In this document: one piece after another, positions 25,398-38,900 of the stretch
Numbering within the stretch: the first letter of the stretch is position 1
Layout: every line of letters begins with the position of its first letter
DNA from: Haliotis rufescens
Taxonomy: Eukaryota
DNA: 64,000 bases
Direction: 5' to 3'
NCBI RefSeq assembly: GCF_023055435.1
Contig: NW_025963890.1
Location: 23,560,001-23,624,000, forward strand
The notes under the pieces: model-generated
The model's input: the letters and a program-made list of their open reading frames with translations, nothing else
Database searches by the model: none
Told to the model about the DNA's origin: nothing
Position numbers and translations under genes: made by a program

Positions 25398-26917
25398 ATG
25401 ATGCCGTCTTTATCTTTAGCGCCTGCTGTATCGACACATTTTCGCGACATGCCGTCAATATCAACTCTTCCTACGAGGTAAGTTATCCACTTCTTTACCA
25501 TTGAAAGCAGAAGCAATCGCATATGGGAGAAACAATTTAATGTGTGTGTTATAATATTTACTTGATAGTGTATTGATTGTATAATTTATTGGGTTTTGTA
25601 TAGGCATACTTGTAGAAGCAAAATTATTCGCGCATTTCAAAAACATGTATAGCGAGTACATTTTGATTGGTATATTTTGATGCATATATATATTAGTAAT
25701 AATGTATATAATTATATATTCCCGAACGAACTGTGACTAATTATTAATATGTATTTTGTCAACTTGTTGCGATATCATTAAAGAAAAGAGAGACAAGATA
25801 TCGCCCGCCGTAACTTATGTTTCACATAGAAAGCAACAGAAGACGATAGTTTGTGTTTGCCTCACTTAAATCCCGTTTGTGTGTTTTAATATACTAAACT
25901 TACATCTTGTTTTGAACTGATGTAGTGTGCCTATTTAAAAATAGTAACATTGTTTCAGATTGCCGAGCATCGAGATTGGGATTCAGTCTCGAATGAACTA
26001 TGTCAAAGGTAAATTTACTTCTGTAGTTAGTTTTAGTTTTCCAAAAGGGAATGTGTGTTGACAGAAAGGCCTGAAAACCATATGGATTAAATAAAACCGT
26101 TCTACCAGAAAACACGCCTCAGTGTCTAGAATGTTTTAATTACAATCTATTAAAACTAAAACCAACGATTTAAGGACGTTATCTAATCAATACATTTATG
26201 TTTTCAGATATAATAACCGGCCAAAGTCACATGGTCCTTATAATCTGCTCAATCTTTGTTGGAGGTGGTAAGTATATTTTCTACGACAGGTGTATAAGTG
26301 GCAATTCAATCGCGTCAACACGGAATCCTCATTTTCTGCAAAACTTCACAATATACAAGTAGCCCAAACTATATATTCAAAATTTGGATCAAAAAGGATT
26401 GTCTGACATTCTCACTCTGTCTTTGTAAAAGCGGATATACGTTGCTGCCTTACATGTGGAGATTGTATCAACACATGAGGGTGTTATGGGTGATCCGAAG
26501 CTATATTTGTAGCCATAAAACGATGTTGTTTTTCACAAATCATTGAGTCATGTTTCTGATTTTCCAGTGGTCATCGTGGGCATCTTCTTGGCCCTGAGGT
26601 CGTGTGCACGAAGATGCCGGACAGTGTTCAGAGGTCACCACAGCGTTCGGGGATCTCTTGATGCCGCCGAGCGGGGCGATGCGAACGACATTGTCTCCCT
26701 TGCTCCACATGAAGATTTCACACTGGCTCCCAACACCTCGTGGTGGGAGGTCGTGGAGAGAAGAGAGGCGGAAGATCCCACTTTCGGTGAGGATTTGGTG
26801 ATAGCACCAGAGTACTGTGTGGAAGACGAGGTTTTGAGCTATGACCCCGACTACTGCCTGAAGCCGGGCGCCCTCTGGTGGGAGGTCGTGGAGGCCCAGG
26901 AGAAGGCTGGGAGCTGA
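25398..26917 (+). CDS. Unrecognised 179-aa single-pass membrane protein with two WWEVVE repeats, copy A; exons 25398-25477, 25959-26008, 26208-26267, 26568-26917
   Basis: Canonical splice sites (ag|gtaagt, tttcag|, ag|gtaaat, ttttcag|, tg|gtaagt, ttccag|) in compatible phases give 540 nt without internal stops; TM helix MVLIICSIFVGGVVIVGIFLAL spans exons 3-4; AATAAA at 27257-27262. Confidence 0.8.
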
Positions 26918-28237
26918 ACAAAGAACTTTAGGGACTAATGGTCCCCGGTGACACATGGAAACCCGGACATCAGTTAAACAGTCTCTCGGACAGATGTCCC
27001 AGATGCTTCAAGCTCACGGTTCATCTTCACATCTGATGACAGGATGTCTCCATAAAGCTGTGAAAGACCCGTTCCTTTGTGAACACAACTGTGGCAGTAA
27101 TACGTCATGGTTTTTGTCATGCCAAGGAGAGTATATACACAGATGTACAGGGATGTGTTCCCATTGTTTAAGCAGTCACTTTATTTATATGTTTCTGACT
27201 TTGGTGATATCTCTTTTATATGATTTTACATCTTTCCTGTTATGCAAATGTTATGCAATAAATCCTAGGTTGTTACTTTATCCTTTGTTGTCAGATGTTT
27301 TAACAGCATCCAGACGCTGACAGTTGGTGAGTCTGTAGTAGATGTTCCACCAGCATTGTCATGGTTTGCGATCGGTAACAGATAGACGCTGTAACAGTAT
27401 TATACAGTCTCGGGGTCGCTGATATCGTCGAAGTGACGTTAAATGTTAACTCACTCACTTACCTACCCACTCACCAACCCATTAACTTAAACACCCACAC
27501 ACCTGCTCAATCACTCACTTACCCAACCACTCCCCGACTCATTTCACTCACTCACTCACCGACTCATTTTACTCACTCACGTACTCACTCACTCACTCAC
27601 TCACCGACACATTTCACTTATACTCACTCACTCACTCACACACCGACTCATTTCACTTACACTCACTCACTCATTTCACTTACACTCACTCACTCATTTC
27701 ACTTATACTCACTCACTCACCGACTAATTTCACTCACTCACTCACTCACTGTAGCATTTTCAAACGCAATAAATCATTCATTGGTGTGAAAGGATACCAG
27801 TCGTATAAGACGTCGCAATACGCTGGGCAGAGATGCGTCCATTAAGAGTGCCCGCAACTTGTGCTTGTGGTTGTCATGCCAGATTCGCCCTGATAATGTT
27901 TCTACGTTTGTCAGCACCATCACCTTCATCGTTGGATGTATTTGCCTGTACCACATCCCGTCTACATGAAGCTGACACACCTGATATAACTAAAATAATG
28001 TTAAAACCTAATCTTACTCAGTCACTCACTAAAACATATTGACTGTGGTATGGTCATTTTACATGAAAATACCATTGACCCGTAAAGCTTGTGTTGAGTA
28101 TATGCTAAGGCTTCTAGCCATTGATCCCGAATCACAAATGTATAAACAAGAAACACGAATATTTTCACAGAACTGGTACACCCAAGAACATCTGCCAAAG
28201 TGTTTTGTATGAGCTTATTTTATAAGTGATTTATTTC

Positions 28238-28751
28238 CAATCTCATTAAAATCAGATCTTAGTTCTCGCTACCGCTAAACAAAGATCTGAGGACATCCCA
28301 TTACGGGTCACATCAGACCAACCTTGCGCGAACTTTGACCGACCAATGAAATGACTGACAAGAAGTCCACATTAGCCAATCAGAAGGCAGCTTTCTCGTG
28401 CTTTAGGGCACTAATTTCAAATTGGCGACTACGCTTCGAAACATATTTTGACAAATTCTCCATTCAAAAATTGAAACCTGAACAAAAACACATTCTGGAA
28501 TGGCCAATAGATGGTCTAGATTGTATGGATTCAGTCGTTAAGCCCGTAACTGTCGTTCGGAATAACCCGTGTTAATGTTTTTGAGGTTGCAAGATTAGAT
28601 CTCCCATTCCGACTGTCACTTTCATGATGTGGTAAGCGACGCTCTGATTAGGGGTCGGAAGAAAAGGTCGTTCTGACGTGACCCGTAATGGGATGTCCTC
28701 AGATCTTTGTTCAGCGGTAGCGAGAACTAAGATATGATTTTAATGAGATTG
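28238..28751. mobile_element. AcademH-like non-autonomous element (unit 2)
   Basis: Same TIRs and gatttatttc TSD as 24067-25137, without the nested insertion. Confidence 0.75.
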
Positions 28752-29011
28752 GATTTATTTCCCACGTTGCATGTAGGTATTTCCATTCGAATTTTATATC
28801 AATTCCAAAATATGTCCAATTCTCAAACAAAACTTTACATTTATGTAATCTACCGGGAAGATACATTTAACGATGATCATGAGCTCTGTGGTAGCGATTC
28901 ACAAAAGGCTATGCCCTTCTTCACAAAACACGTTAACCATAGAGTTACCTGCCCTTGAGCAATGGTATCTAAGGGTGTGACGTCACAGACAGTGACGATT
29001 GCGCTACTTGC

Positions 29012-30530
29012 ATGATGCTGTCTTTATCTTTAGCGCCTGCTGTATCGACACATATTCGCGACATGCCGTCAATATCAACTCTTCCTACGAGGTAAGTTAT
29101 CCACTTCTTTACCATTGAAAGCAGAAGCAATCGCATATGGGAGAAACAATTTAATGTGTGTGTTATAATATTTACTTGATAGTGTATTGATTGTATGATT
29201 TCTTGGGTTTTGTATAGGCATACTCGTAGAAGCAAAATTATTCGCGCATTTCAAAAACATGTATAGCGAGTACATTTTGATTGGTATATTTTGATGCATA
29301 TATATATTAGTACAATGTATATAATTATATATTCCCGAACGAACTGTGACTAATTATTAATATGTATTTTGTCAACTTGTTGCGATATCATTAAAGAAAA
29401 GAGAGACAAGATATCGCCCGCCGTAACTTATGTTTTACATAGAAAGCAACAGAAGACGATAGTTTGTGTTTGCCTCACTTAAATCCCGTTTGTGTGTTTT
29501 AATATACTAAACTTACATCTTGTTTTGAACTGATGTAGTGTGCCTATTTAAAAATAGTAACATTGTTTCAGATTGCCGAGCATCGAGATTGGGATTCAGT
29601 CTCGAATGAACTATGTCAAAGGTAAATTTACTTCTGTAGTTAGTTTTAGTTTTCCAAAAGGGAATGTGTGTTGACAGAAAGGCCTGAAAACCATATGGAT
29701 TAAATAAAACCGTTCTACCAGAAAACACGCCTCAGTATCTAGAATGTTTTAATTACAATCTATTAAAACTAAAACCAACGATTTTAGGACGTTATCTAAT
29801 CAATACATTTATGTTTTCAGATATAATAACCGGCCAAAGTCACATGGTCCTTATAATCTGCTCAATCTTTGTTGGAGGTGGTAAGTATATTTTCTACGAC
29901 AGGTGTATAAGTGGCAATTCAATCGCGTCAACACGGAATCCTCATCTTCTGCAAAACTTCACAATATACAAGTAGCCCAAACTATATCTTCAAAATTTGG
30001 ATCAAATAAGATTGTCTGACATTCTCACTCTGTCTTTGTAAAAGCGGATATACGTTGCTGCCTTACATGTGGAGATTGTATCAACACATGAGGGTGTTAT
30101 GGGTGATCCGAAGCTATATTTGTAGCCATAAAACGATGTTGTTTTTCACAAATCATTGAGTCATGTTTCTGATTTTCCAGTGGTCATCGTGGGCATCTTC
30201 TTGGCCCTGAGGTCGTGTGCACGAAGATGCCGGACAGTGTTCAGAGGTCACCACAGCGTTTGGGGATCTCTTGATGCCGCCGAGCGGGGCGATGCGAACG
30301 ACATTGTCTCCCTTGCTCCACATGAAGATTTCACACTGGCTCCCAACACCTCGTGGTGGGAGGTCGTGGAGAGAAGAGAGGCGGAAGATCCCACTTTCGG
30401 TGAGGATTTGGTGATAGCACCAGAGTACTGTGTGGAAGACGAGGTTTTGAGCTTTGACCCCGACTACTGCCTGAAGCCGGGCGCCCTCTGGTGGGAGGTC
30501 GTGGAGGCCCAGGAGAAGGCTGGGAGCTGA
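29012..30530 (+). CDS. WWEVVE membrane protein, copy B; exons 29012-29091, 29572-29621, 29821-29880, 30181-30530
   Basis: Same intact exon structure as copy A; substitutions P3L, F15I, R->W, Y->F. Confidence 0.8.
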
Positions 30531-31808
30531 ACACAGACCTTTAGGGACTATTGGTCCCCGGTGACACATGGAAACCCGGACATCAGTTAAACAGTCTCTC
30601 GGACAGATGTCCCAGATGCTTCAAGCTCACGGTTCATCTTCACATCTGATGACAGGATGTCCCCATAAAGCTGTGAAAGACCCGTTCCTTTGTGAACACA
30701 ACTGTGGCAGTAATACGTCATGGTTTTTGTCATGCCAAGGAGAGTATATACACAGATGTACAGGGATGTGTTCCCATTGTTTAAGCAGCCACTTTATTTA
30801 TATGTTTCAGACTTTGGTGATATCTCTTTTATATGATTTTACATCTTTCCTGTTATGTAAATGTTATGCAATAAATCCTAGGTTGTTTCTTTATCCTTTG
30901 TTGTCAGATGTTTTAACAGCATCCAGACGCTGACAGTTGGTGAGTCTGTAGTAGATGTTCCATCAGCATTGTCATGGTTTGCGATCGGTAACAGATAGAC
31001 GCTGTAACAGTATTATACAGTCTCGGGGTCGCTGATATCGTCGAAGTGACGTTAAATGTTAACTCACTCACTTACCTACCCACTCACCAACCCATTAACT
31101 TAAACACCCACACACCTGCTCAATCACTCACTTACCCAACCACTCCCCGACTCATTTCACTCACTCACTCACCGACTCATTTTACTCACTCACTCACTCA
31201 CCGACACATTTCACTTATACTCACTCACTCACACACCGACTCATTTCACTTACACTCACTCACTCATTTCACTTATACTCACTCACTCACTCACCGACTA
31301 ATTTCACTCACTCACTCACTGTAGCATTTTCAAACGCAATAAATCATTCATTGGTGTGAAAGGATACCAGTCGTATAAGACGTCGCAATGCGCTGGGCAG
31401 AGATGCGTCCATTAAGAGTGCCCGCAACTTGTGCTTGTGGGTTGTCATGCCAGATTCACCCTGATAATGTTTCTACGTTTGTCAGCACCATCACCTTCAT
31501 CGTTGGATGTATTTGCCTGTACCACATCCCGTCTACATGAAGCTGACACACCTGATATAACTAAAATAATGTTAAAACCTAATCTTACTCAGTCACTCAC
31601 TAAAACATATTGACTGTGGTATGGTCATTTTACATGAAAATACCATTGACCCGTAAAGCTTGTGTTGAGTATATGCTAAGGCTTCTAGCCATTGATCCCG
31701 AATCACAAATGTATAAACAAGAAACACGAATATTTTCACAGAACTGGTACACCCAAGAACATCTGCCAAAGTGTTTTGTATGAGCTTATTTTATAAGTGA
31801 TTTATTTC

Positions 31809-32322
31809 CAATCTCATTAAAATCAGATCTTAGTTCTCGCTACCGCTAAACAAAGATCTGAGGACATCCCATTACGGGTCACATCAGACCAACCTTGCGC
31901 GAACTTTGACCGACCAATGAAATGACTGACAAGAAGTCCACATTAGCCAATCAGAAGGCAGCTTTCTCGTGCTTTAGGGCACTAATTTCAAATTGGCGAC
32001 TACGCTTCGAAACATATTTTGACAAATTCTCCATTCAAAAATTGAAACCTGAACAAAAACACATTCTGGAATGGCCAATAGATGGTCTAGATTGTATGGA
32101 TTCAGTCGTTAAGCCCGTAACTGTCGTTCGGAATAACCCGTGTTAATGTTTTTGAGGTTGCAAGATTAGATCTCCCATTCCGACTGTCACTTTCATGATG
32201 TGGTAAGCGACGCTCTGATTAGGGGTCGGAAGAAAAGGTCGTTCTGACGTGACCCGTAATGGGATGTCCTCAGATCTTTGTTCAGCGGTAGCGAGAACTA
32301 AGATATGATTTTAATGAGATTG
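31809..32322. mobile_element. AcademH-like non-autonomous element (unit 3)
   Basis: Same TIRs and TSD as unit 2. Confidence 0.75.
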
Positions 32323-32582
32323 GATTTATTTCCCACGTTGCATGTAGGTATTTCCATTCGAATTTTATATCAATTCCAAAATATGTCCAATTCTCAAACA
32401 AAACTTTACATTTATGTAATCTACCGGGAAGATACATTTAACGATGATCATGAGCTCTGTGGTAGCGATTCACAAAAGGCTATGCCCTTCTTCACAAAAC
32501 ACGTTAACCATAGAGTTACCTGCCCTTGAGCAATGGTATCTAAGGGTGTGACGTCACAGACAGTGACGATTGCGCTACTTGC

Positions 32583-34102
32583 ATGATGCTGTCTTTATCT
32601 TTAGCGCCTGCTGTATCGACACATATTCGCGACATGCCGTCAATATCAACTCTTCCTACGAGGTAAGTTATCCACTTCTTTACCATTGAAAGCAGAAGCA
32701 ATCGCATATGGGAGAAACAATTTAATGTGTGTGTTATAATATTTACTTGATAGTGTATTGATTGTATGATTTCTTGGGTTTTGTATAGGCATACTTGTAG
32801 AAGCAAAATAATTCGCGCATTTCAAAAACATGTATAGCGAGTACATTTTGATTGGTATATTTTGATGCATATATATATTAGTACAATGTATATAATTATA
32901 TATTCCCGAACGAACTGTGACTAATTATTAATATGTATTTTGTCAACTTGTTGCGATATCATTAAAGAAAAGAGAGACAAGATATCGCCCGCCGTAACTT
33001 ATGTTTCACATAGAAAGCAACAGAAGACGATAGTTTGTGTTTGCCTCACTTAAATCCCGTTTGTGTGTTTTAATATACTAAACTTACATCTTGTTTTGAA
33101 CTGATGTAGTGTGCCTATTTAAAAATAGTAACATTGTTTCAGATTGCCGAGCATCGAGATTGGGATTCAGTCTCGAATGAACTATGTCAAAGGTAAATTT
33201 ACTTCTGTAGTTAGTTTTAGTTTTCCAAAAGGGAATGTGTGTTGACAAAAAGGCCTGAAAACCATATGGATTAAATAAAACCGTTCTACCAGAAAACACG
33301 CCTCGGTATCTAGAATGTTTTAATTACAATCTATTAAAACTGAAACCAACGATTTAAGGACGTCATCTAATCAATACATTTATGTTTTCAGATATAATAA
33401 CCGGCCAAAGTCACATGGTCCTTATAATCTGCTCAATCTTTGTTGGAGGTGGTAAGTATATTTTCTACGACAGGTGTATAAGTGGCAATTCAATCGCGTC
33501 AACACGGAATCCTCATCTTCTGCAAAACTTCACAATATACAAGTAGCCCAAACTATATCTTCAAAATTTGGATCAAATAAGATTGTCTGACATTCTCACT
33601 CTGTCTTTGTAAAAGCGGATATACGTTGCTGCCTTACATGTGGAGATTGTATCAACACATGAGGGTGTTATGGGTGATCCGAAGCTATATTTGTAGCCAT
33701 AAAACGATGTTGTTTTTTCACAAATCATTGAGTCATGTTTCTGATTTTCCAGTGGTCATCGTGGGCATCTTCTTGGCCCTGAGGTCGTGTGCACGAAGAT
33801 GCCGGACAGTGTTCAGAGGTCACCACAGCGTTCGGGGATCTCTTGATGCCGCCGAGCGGGGCGATGCGAACGATATTGTCTCCCTTGCTCCACATGGAGA
33901 TTTCACACTGGCTCCCAACACCTCGTGGTGGGAGGTCGTGGAGAGAAGAGAGGCGGAAGATCCCACTTTCGGTGAGGATTTGGTGATAGCACCAGAGTAC
34001 TGTGTGGAAGACGAGGTTTTGAGCTATGACCCCGACTACTGCCTGAAGCCGGGCGCCCTCTGGTGGGAGGTCGTGGAGGCCCAGGAGAAGGCTGGGAGCT
34101 GA
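32583..34102 (+). CDS. WWEVVE membrane protein, copy C; exons 32583-32662, 33143-33192, 33392-33451, 33753-34102
   Basis: Same intact exon structure; P3L, F15I and E->G relative to copy A. Confidence 0.8.
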
Positions 34103-35914
34103 ACAAAGAACTTTAGGGACTAATGGTCCCCGGTGACACATGGAAACCCGGACATCAGTTAAACAGTCTCACGGACAGATGTCCCAGATGCTTCAAGCTC
34201 ACGGTTCATCTTCACATCTGATGACAAGATGTCTCCATAAAGCTGTGAAAGACCCGTTCCTTTGTGGACACAACTGTGGCAGTAATACGTCATGGTTTTT
34301 GTCATGCCAAGGAGAGTATATACACAGATGTACAGGGATGTGTTCCCATTGTTTAAGCAGCCACTTTATCTATATGTTTCAGACTTTGGTGATATCTATT
34401 TTATATGATTTTACATCTTTCCTGTTATGTAAATGTTATGCAATAAATCCTAGGTTGTTACTTTATCCTTTGTTGTCAGATGTTTTAACAGCATCCAGAC
34501 GCTGACAGTTGGTGAGTCTGTAGTAGATGTTCCACCAGCATTGTCATGGCTTGCGATCTGTAACAGATAGACGCTGTAACAGTATTTTACACTGTCGGGG
34601 TCGCTGATATTGCCTTACCGACGTAAAATGTTTACTTCTATACTTCTATGGTGTTCCCACAGAGAACCGAAACCGTAACAAGAGGGTATGTGTGACACGC
34701 AAACACCCCTCCCTCTGAGCAAGGCAACCCTGTTACCTCCAAACCTGCAGATGGTGGTGTGGTCAGGCTACACGATGATGTTTACTTCTTATTAATATTA
34801 TATGTGTTATTAATTTCTTTATTATTGATGTGTTTCCGCCAATCCGTCTGTATGACACTGTATCTACTGTGTGTAAAGCGATTGCGTTCTTTGTCCAAGT
34901 CAGATGAATGTTCATGATAATACACCGCCGGGCAAGAGAAAGTATACACCCATGTTTGATAGTGGCTTAAACTAAGACAAACTAAGACATAGTTATTCGA
35001 TGTTGATGTGTTTGATACGGGTATAGACCTAAAGTTTTCAGCGTTTTCAGCCTAATAACATTTGTTTTGATAACGTTTGTAATGTTTTGATCAAATCCAA
35101 GTTTCAAATGTATGCTTTCTTCTGTCCGGTAGTGTAGTACATGAATAACGTTATAGTGTACACAGATGATGCAGGCATGTACTAATTGCTTGGTCAGTGA
35201 ATCAATTTCCACGGAACGACTTGCAATTTAGTTATACCCCCATAAACGCAAAAATATTGAAGGCAATCTTAAATAAATAAACTGCAAGTGAATACGGTTT
35301 TTTCTCCATTAAGGCAAAAACATGTTGAAGTCAATTCTTACAGATAAATACGTCAACAATACTAACTTCACAGAATGCTCATTAAATAATTAACACACAA
35401 AAGACCGTAGACAACAATATGGAATCAGTGACATCGTTCAGTGCAATACAATCTCATAAACATCATATCTTAGTTCTCGCAACCGCTTTGTTTAGCGTGG
35501 CCCTATTCCCTTTATCGATTTATGGGAACATGGACGCATAAAAATTTGCTTGGCATGTCATGCCATGGAATCACTTGCAATGCATGAATTAGTTAGTAAA
35601 GTGGCTCTTTATTTCATGTGACATGCCAACAACAAATAGTATTAATATTACCCCAATCTTATAAATACATAACATGGCCTAAATATCAGCGACACGGATA
35701 TTGGACGGGTGTGTCACCGACGATCCTGTAGTCATTTACGTAAACAGATTTAGTACAATAGAGTGATCTCCCTTACTAACTCTTCCACTCAAGCTCCTTC
35801 CCAGCGCGTGACACCTTCGTTACACTCTCGGTATAGTATAGAGAGCTCCGCGAACGGTCTATCGCTGTGAGGAGCTTGCTCTTCCACTGTGCTTGTGTTC
35901 TGTCTGATTCCGCA

Positions 35915-38900
35915 ATGGGTGGCTGGAAACTCGAAGTGTTTAAAGTAAGATTTTAATTCACGTGTTGTGTGTATTACGAATATTGTATTCATATTTGCCG
36001 GTCCAGGAGATCATGACTAAAGCGGCATACAACAGACCAACCTCAACCAGGTTTAGTCGATCAGTGCTTGTAGTTGTATGACCTATACAGCGAGGCTAAA
36101 GTATCTCCACACAAACAAGCTAGGCCCCTAAAATGTAGCCTACAAGCTTTAAAAATATTTACTCGAATTTTATAAGTCGGAGTCGGATATTTCAATCAAA
36201 GGATAATAGTTTAAGATTACAATAATACCCCAAATGCTGTTTGTTGGTACCCTAATCAGTGTATATTATCACGAAACTTGTGATATTTTTCCCTAGTCCT
36301 AATATTTTGGATTTATTTATGTTTTCACTCAAGCGCAGATGCTGTGTTGTTTGTTCTTGTTTGTTCAAAGTAACGAGTTATGTATCAATGACAGGGTGTC
36401 ATAAATAAACTGCACTAGTTTTTGAGACTGAGATAATGCAAATTTGTTGTCATTATGCTTACCTGGGTGATGTGAGGGAAATGTTTAGCTTAGGCCGCAG
36501 GCATGGGCAGAATTCTGGTCAGTTGTTTGGGCACTATTGGCTCAGTTGTCTGAGGTGTCATAATTAGCTGTGCAAAGTTGCACCCCTAAGCCATGCAAGA
36601 ATCTGATGATCTCATTGAACACAACACACTCATAGTCTTTCTTGTTGTGACACAACTACCATTAGTATTTAATCATTTCAAATGGCAGAATATTCTCATA
36701 GCTGTTTGTTATTTTAGTGTACTATAATCAATTTTTATCATTACAGTTTAGTTTAATAAAGAGCAATTTGCCTTTCGTGGGTAAACATCAATACATGTAT
36801 GGAAGAAGTTGTGCCTGTTGCTGTAGTTATATATAAGTAGCTGTGTGCATGTCTTAAGTCTTTGAAAGGCATTTAGAAGTGACACACATGAGGTGAAGGA
36901 GTAAGTATATACTCCGAAACATGTTCCTCATGGTAAAGAAGCTGGCACCCATAAATTCTCTTCCTTATGCTTTTGTCAGAAAAAAGGGAAATTATATGTT
37001 TATCTATATAGTTTCTTCATCTCCATGCTAGATCTATTTAGAAATAGATTGTGGTGAAGAAATTAACTCAGGAAAGGTAACTTTGCTATGCTGTAATAAG
37101 ATAGAAACATGGGCTGTTACGTTCCTTCAATATGAAGCATTTTGTTGCAGATGGCTGTGTACATGAGCTTCCCTGTGTCACTGTTCTACTACTTCAACCA
37201 ACCCGAGTTCTTTGAGGACTGGATGATGAGCAAGAGGGTAATATTCGGTTTGCTGGTCATGCAACAATCAGTCAACCTAATATCAAAGTTGGCCTTGCTG
37301 TAACCATTTGTGTATACTTATATAACAGTGGGGTATAATGAGGGACATAATAGAGAATATTACTTGACTCTATGTCATACTAAATCATTTTCTGTCACAA
37401 ATGGTGTATTTCTCAAAGGTGGCCAAGGGAGATACATGGATTCTGTTTCATGAAATCACACACACACAAATATAATTACTTGTTTATTACCCACACTGTT
37501 GAGTAAGAAGTAAACATACCCTATGAGGTCAAGACAGTTCAACAGAAATCAACTGATTGACCTCATTCATGTACATGTATGAGTAGTATGTGGTTTTGTG
37601 TAAACTCACATTTACATGAACATGCACAAACCCATTTTCTGATTGAAACAAAAGAAAGGATGGCTCGTAATTTGGGATGTTAGGCACCAAACACTATGAC
37701 AAAACTAAGCTTACTCCATGATCGAAGTATTTGATACAAATGCATCTAGTACTCATATTTGTTATGTTTATTGAAGAGAATGGTTTCTAGGTGTTATGAC
37801 AATTCAGTTCATGTGTTTGTTGTTGTAGAGTGTCAATCCTAAATAATAATATTAAACGGAAAATTATCATTTCAGAATCAGCTCTTCCCACCTCAAGACA
37901 AGAATGCTGTAAGCATGATAGTTTGATACTCTTGTCCTCACTGTAATTTTCTTCATAGCAATGCCGATAAATTGTGCCCTATCTGTGTACTTAAACATTG
38001 TCATGTCATTATGCAGTGTGCCACATCTAAATGTCTTATTTGTAGCTGAAGGATGTATTGTGTGATGCCTACAGCTAGCCTAGACATGTCCTCTCTGAAC
38101 TGTTGCAGCCAGCCTAGACATGTCCTCTCTAAACTGTTGCAGCCAGCCTAGACATGTCCTCTCTGAACTGTTGCAGCTAGCCAAGACATGTCCTCTCTGA
38201 ACTGTTGCAGCCAGCCCAGACATGTCCTCTCTGAACTGTTGCAGCCAGCCTAGACATGTCCTCTCTGAACTGTTGCAGCCAGCCTAGACATGTCCTCTCT
38301 GAACTGTTGTAGCCAGCCTAGACATGTCCTCTCTGAACTGTTGCAGCCAGCCTAGACATGTCCTCTCTGAACTGTTGCAGCCAGCCTAGACATGTCCTCT
38401 CTGAACTGTTGTAGCCAGCCTAGACATGTCCTCTCTGAACTGTTGCAGCCAGCCAAGACATGTCCTCTCTGAACTGTTGCAGCTAGCCAAGACATTGTCA
38501 CAAAACCACTCGCCTTGTATCACTTTTCTAATGCAAATCTAAAATCATGCCCACAAGCTTGATATCTACCTTGTCTAGGGTGATTATTCTATCGATCCCA
38601 ATACATGATACCACCCATTTCTTTATTGTTCTTAAATTATTTCAATCGAAAGAAGTCAACTGGCCACCTTGAAACCATCTGGGCACAAATAGCCGACATC
38701 AGAACGTCACAGAATGGGAGCATGTTGGAAAGCAGCTCCATTACCGTCAGTGTAATCTGGTAGTAATGACATTCATGTATATAATCCACTGTTGACAACA
38801 TAGTCCATCCACTCAAAGGTTCATAATGTCAGGACAGGATGTCATTCTACTGGTATTGTCTATGTTCCTTCACAGTCTAAATAGGGAGTCTATACAGATT

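Larger units (their letters stand above)
22380..34612 (+). repeat. Tandem segmental array, about 3.3 units (periods 4170, 3613 and 3572 bp)
   Basis: Near-identical last exons start at 22398, 26568, 30181 and 33753; identical ORFs recur in the ORF track. Confidence 0.97.
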
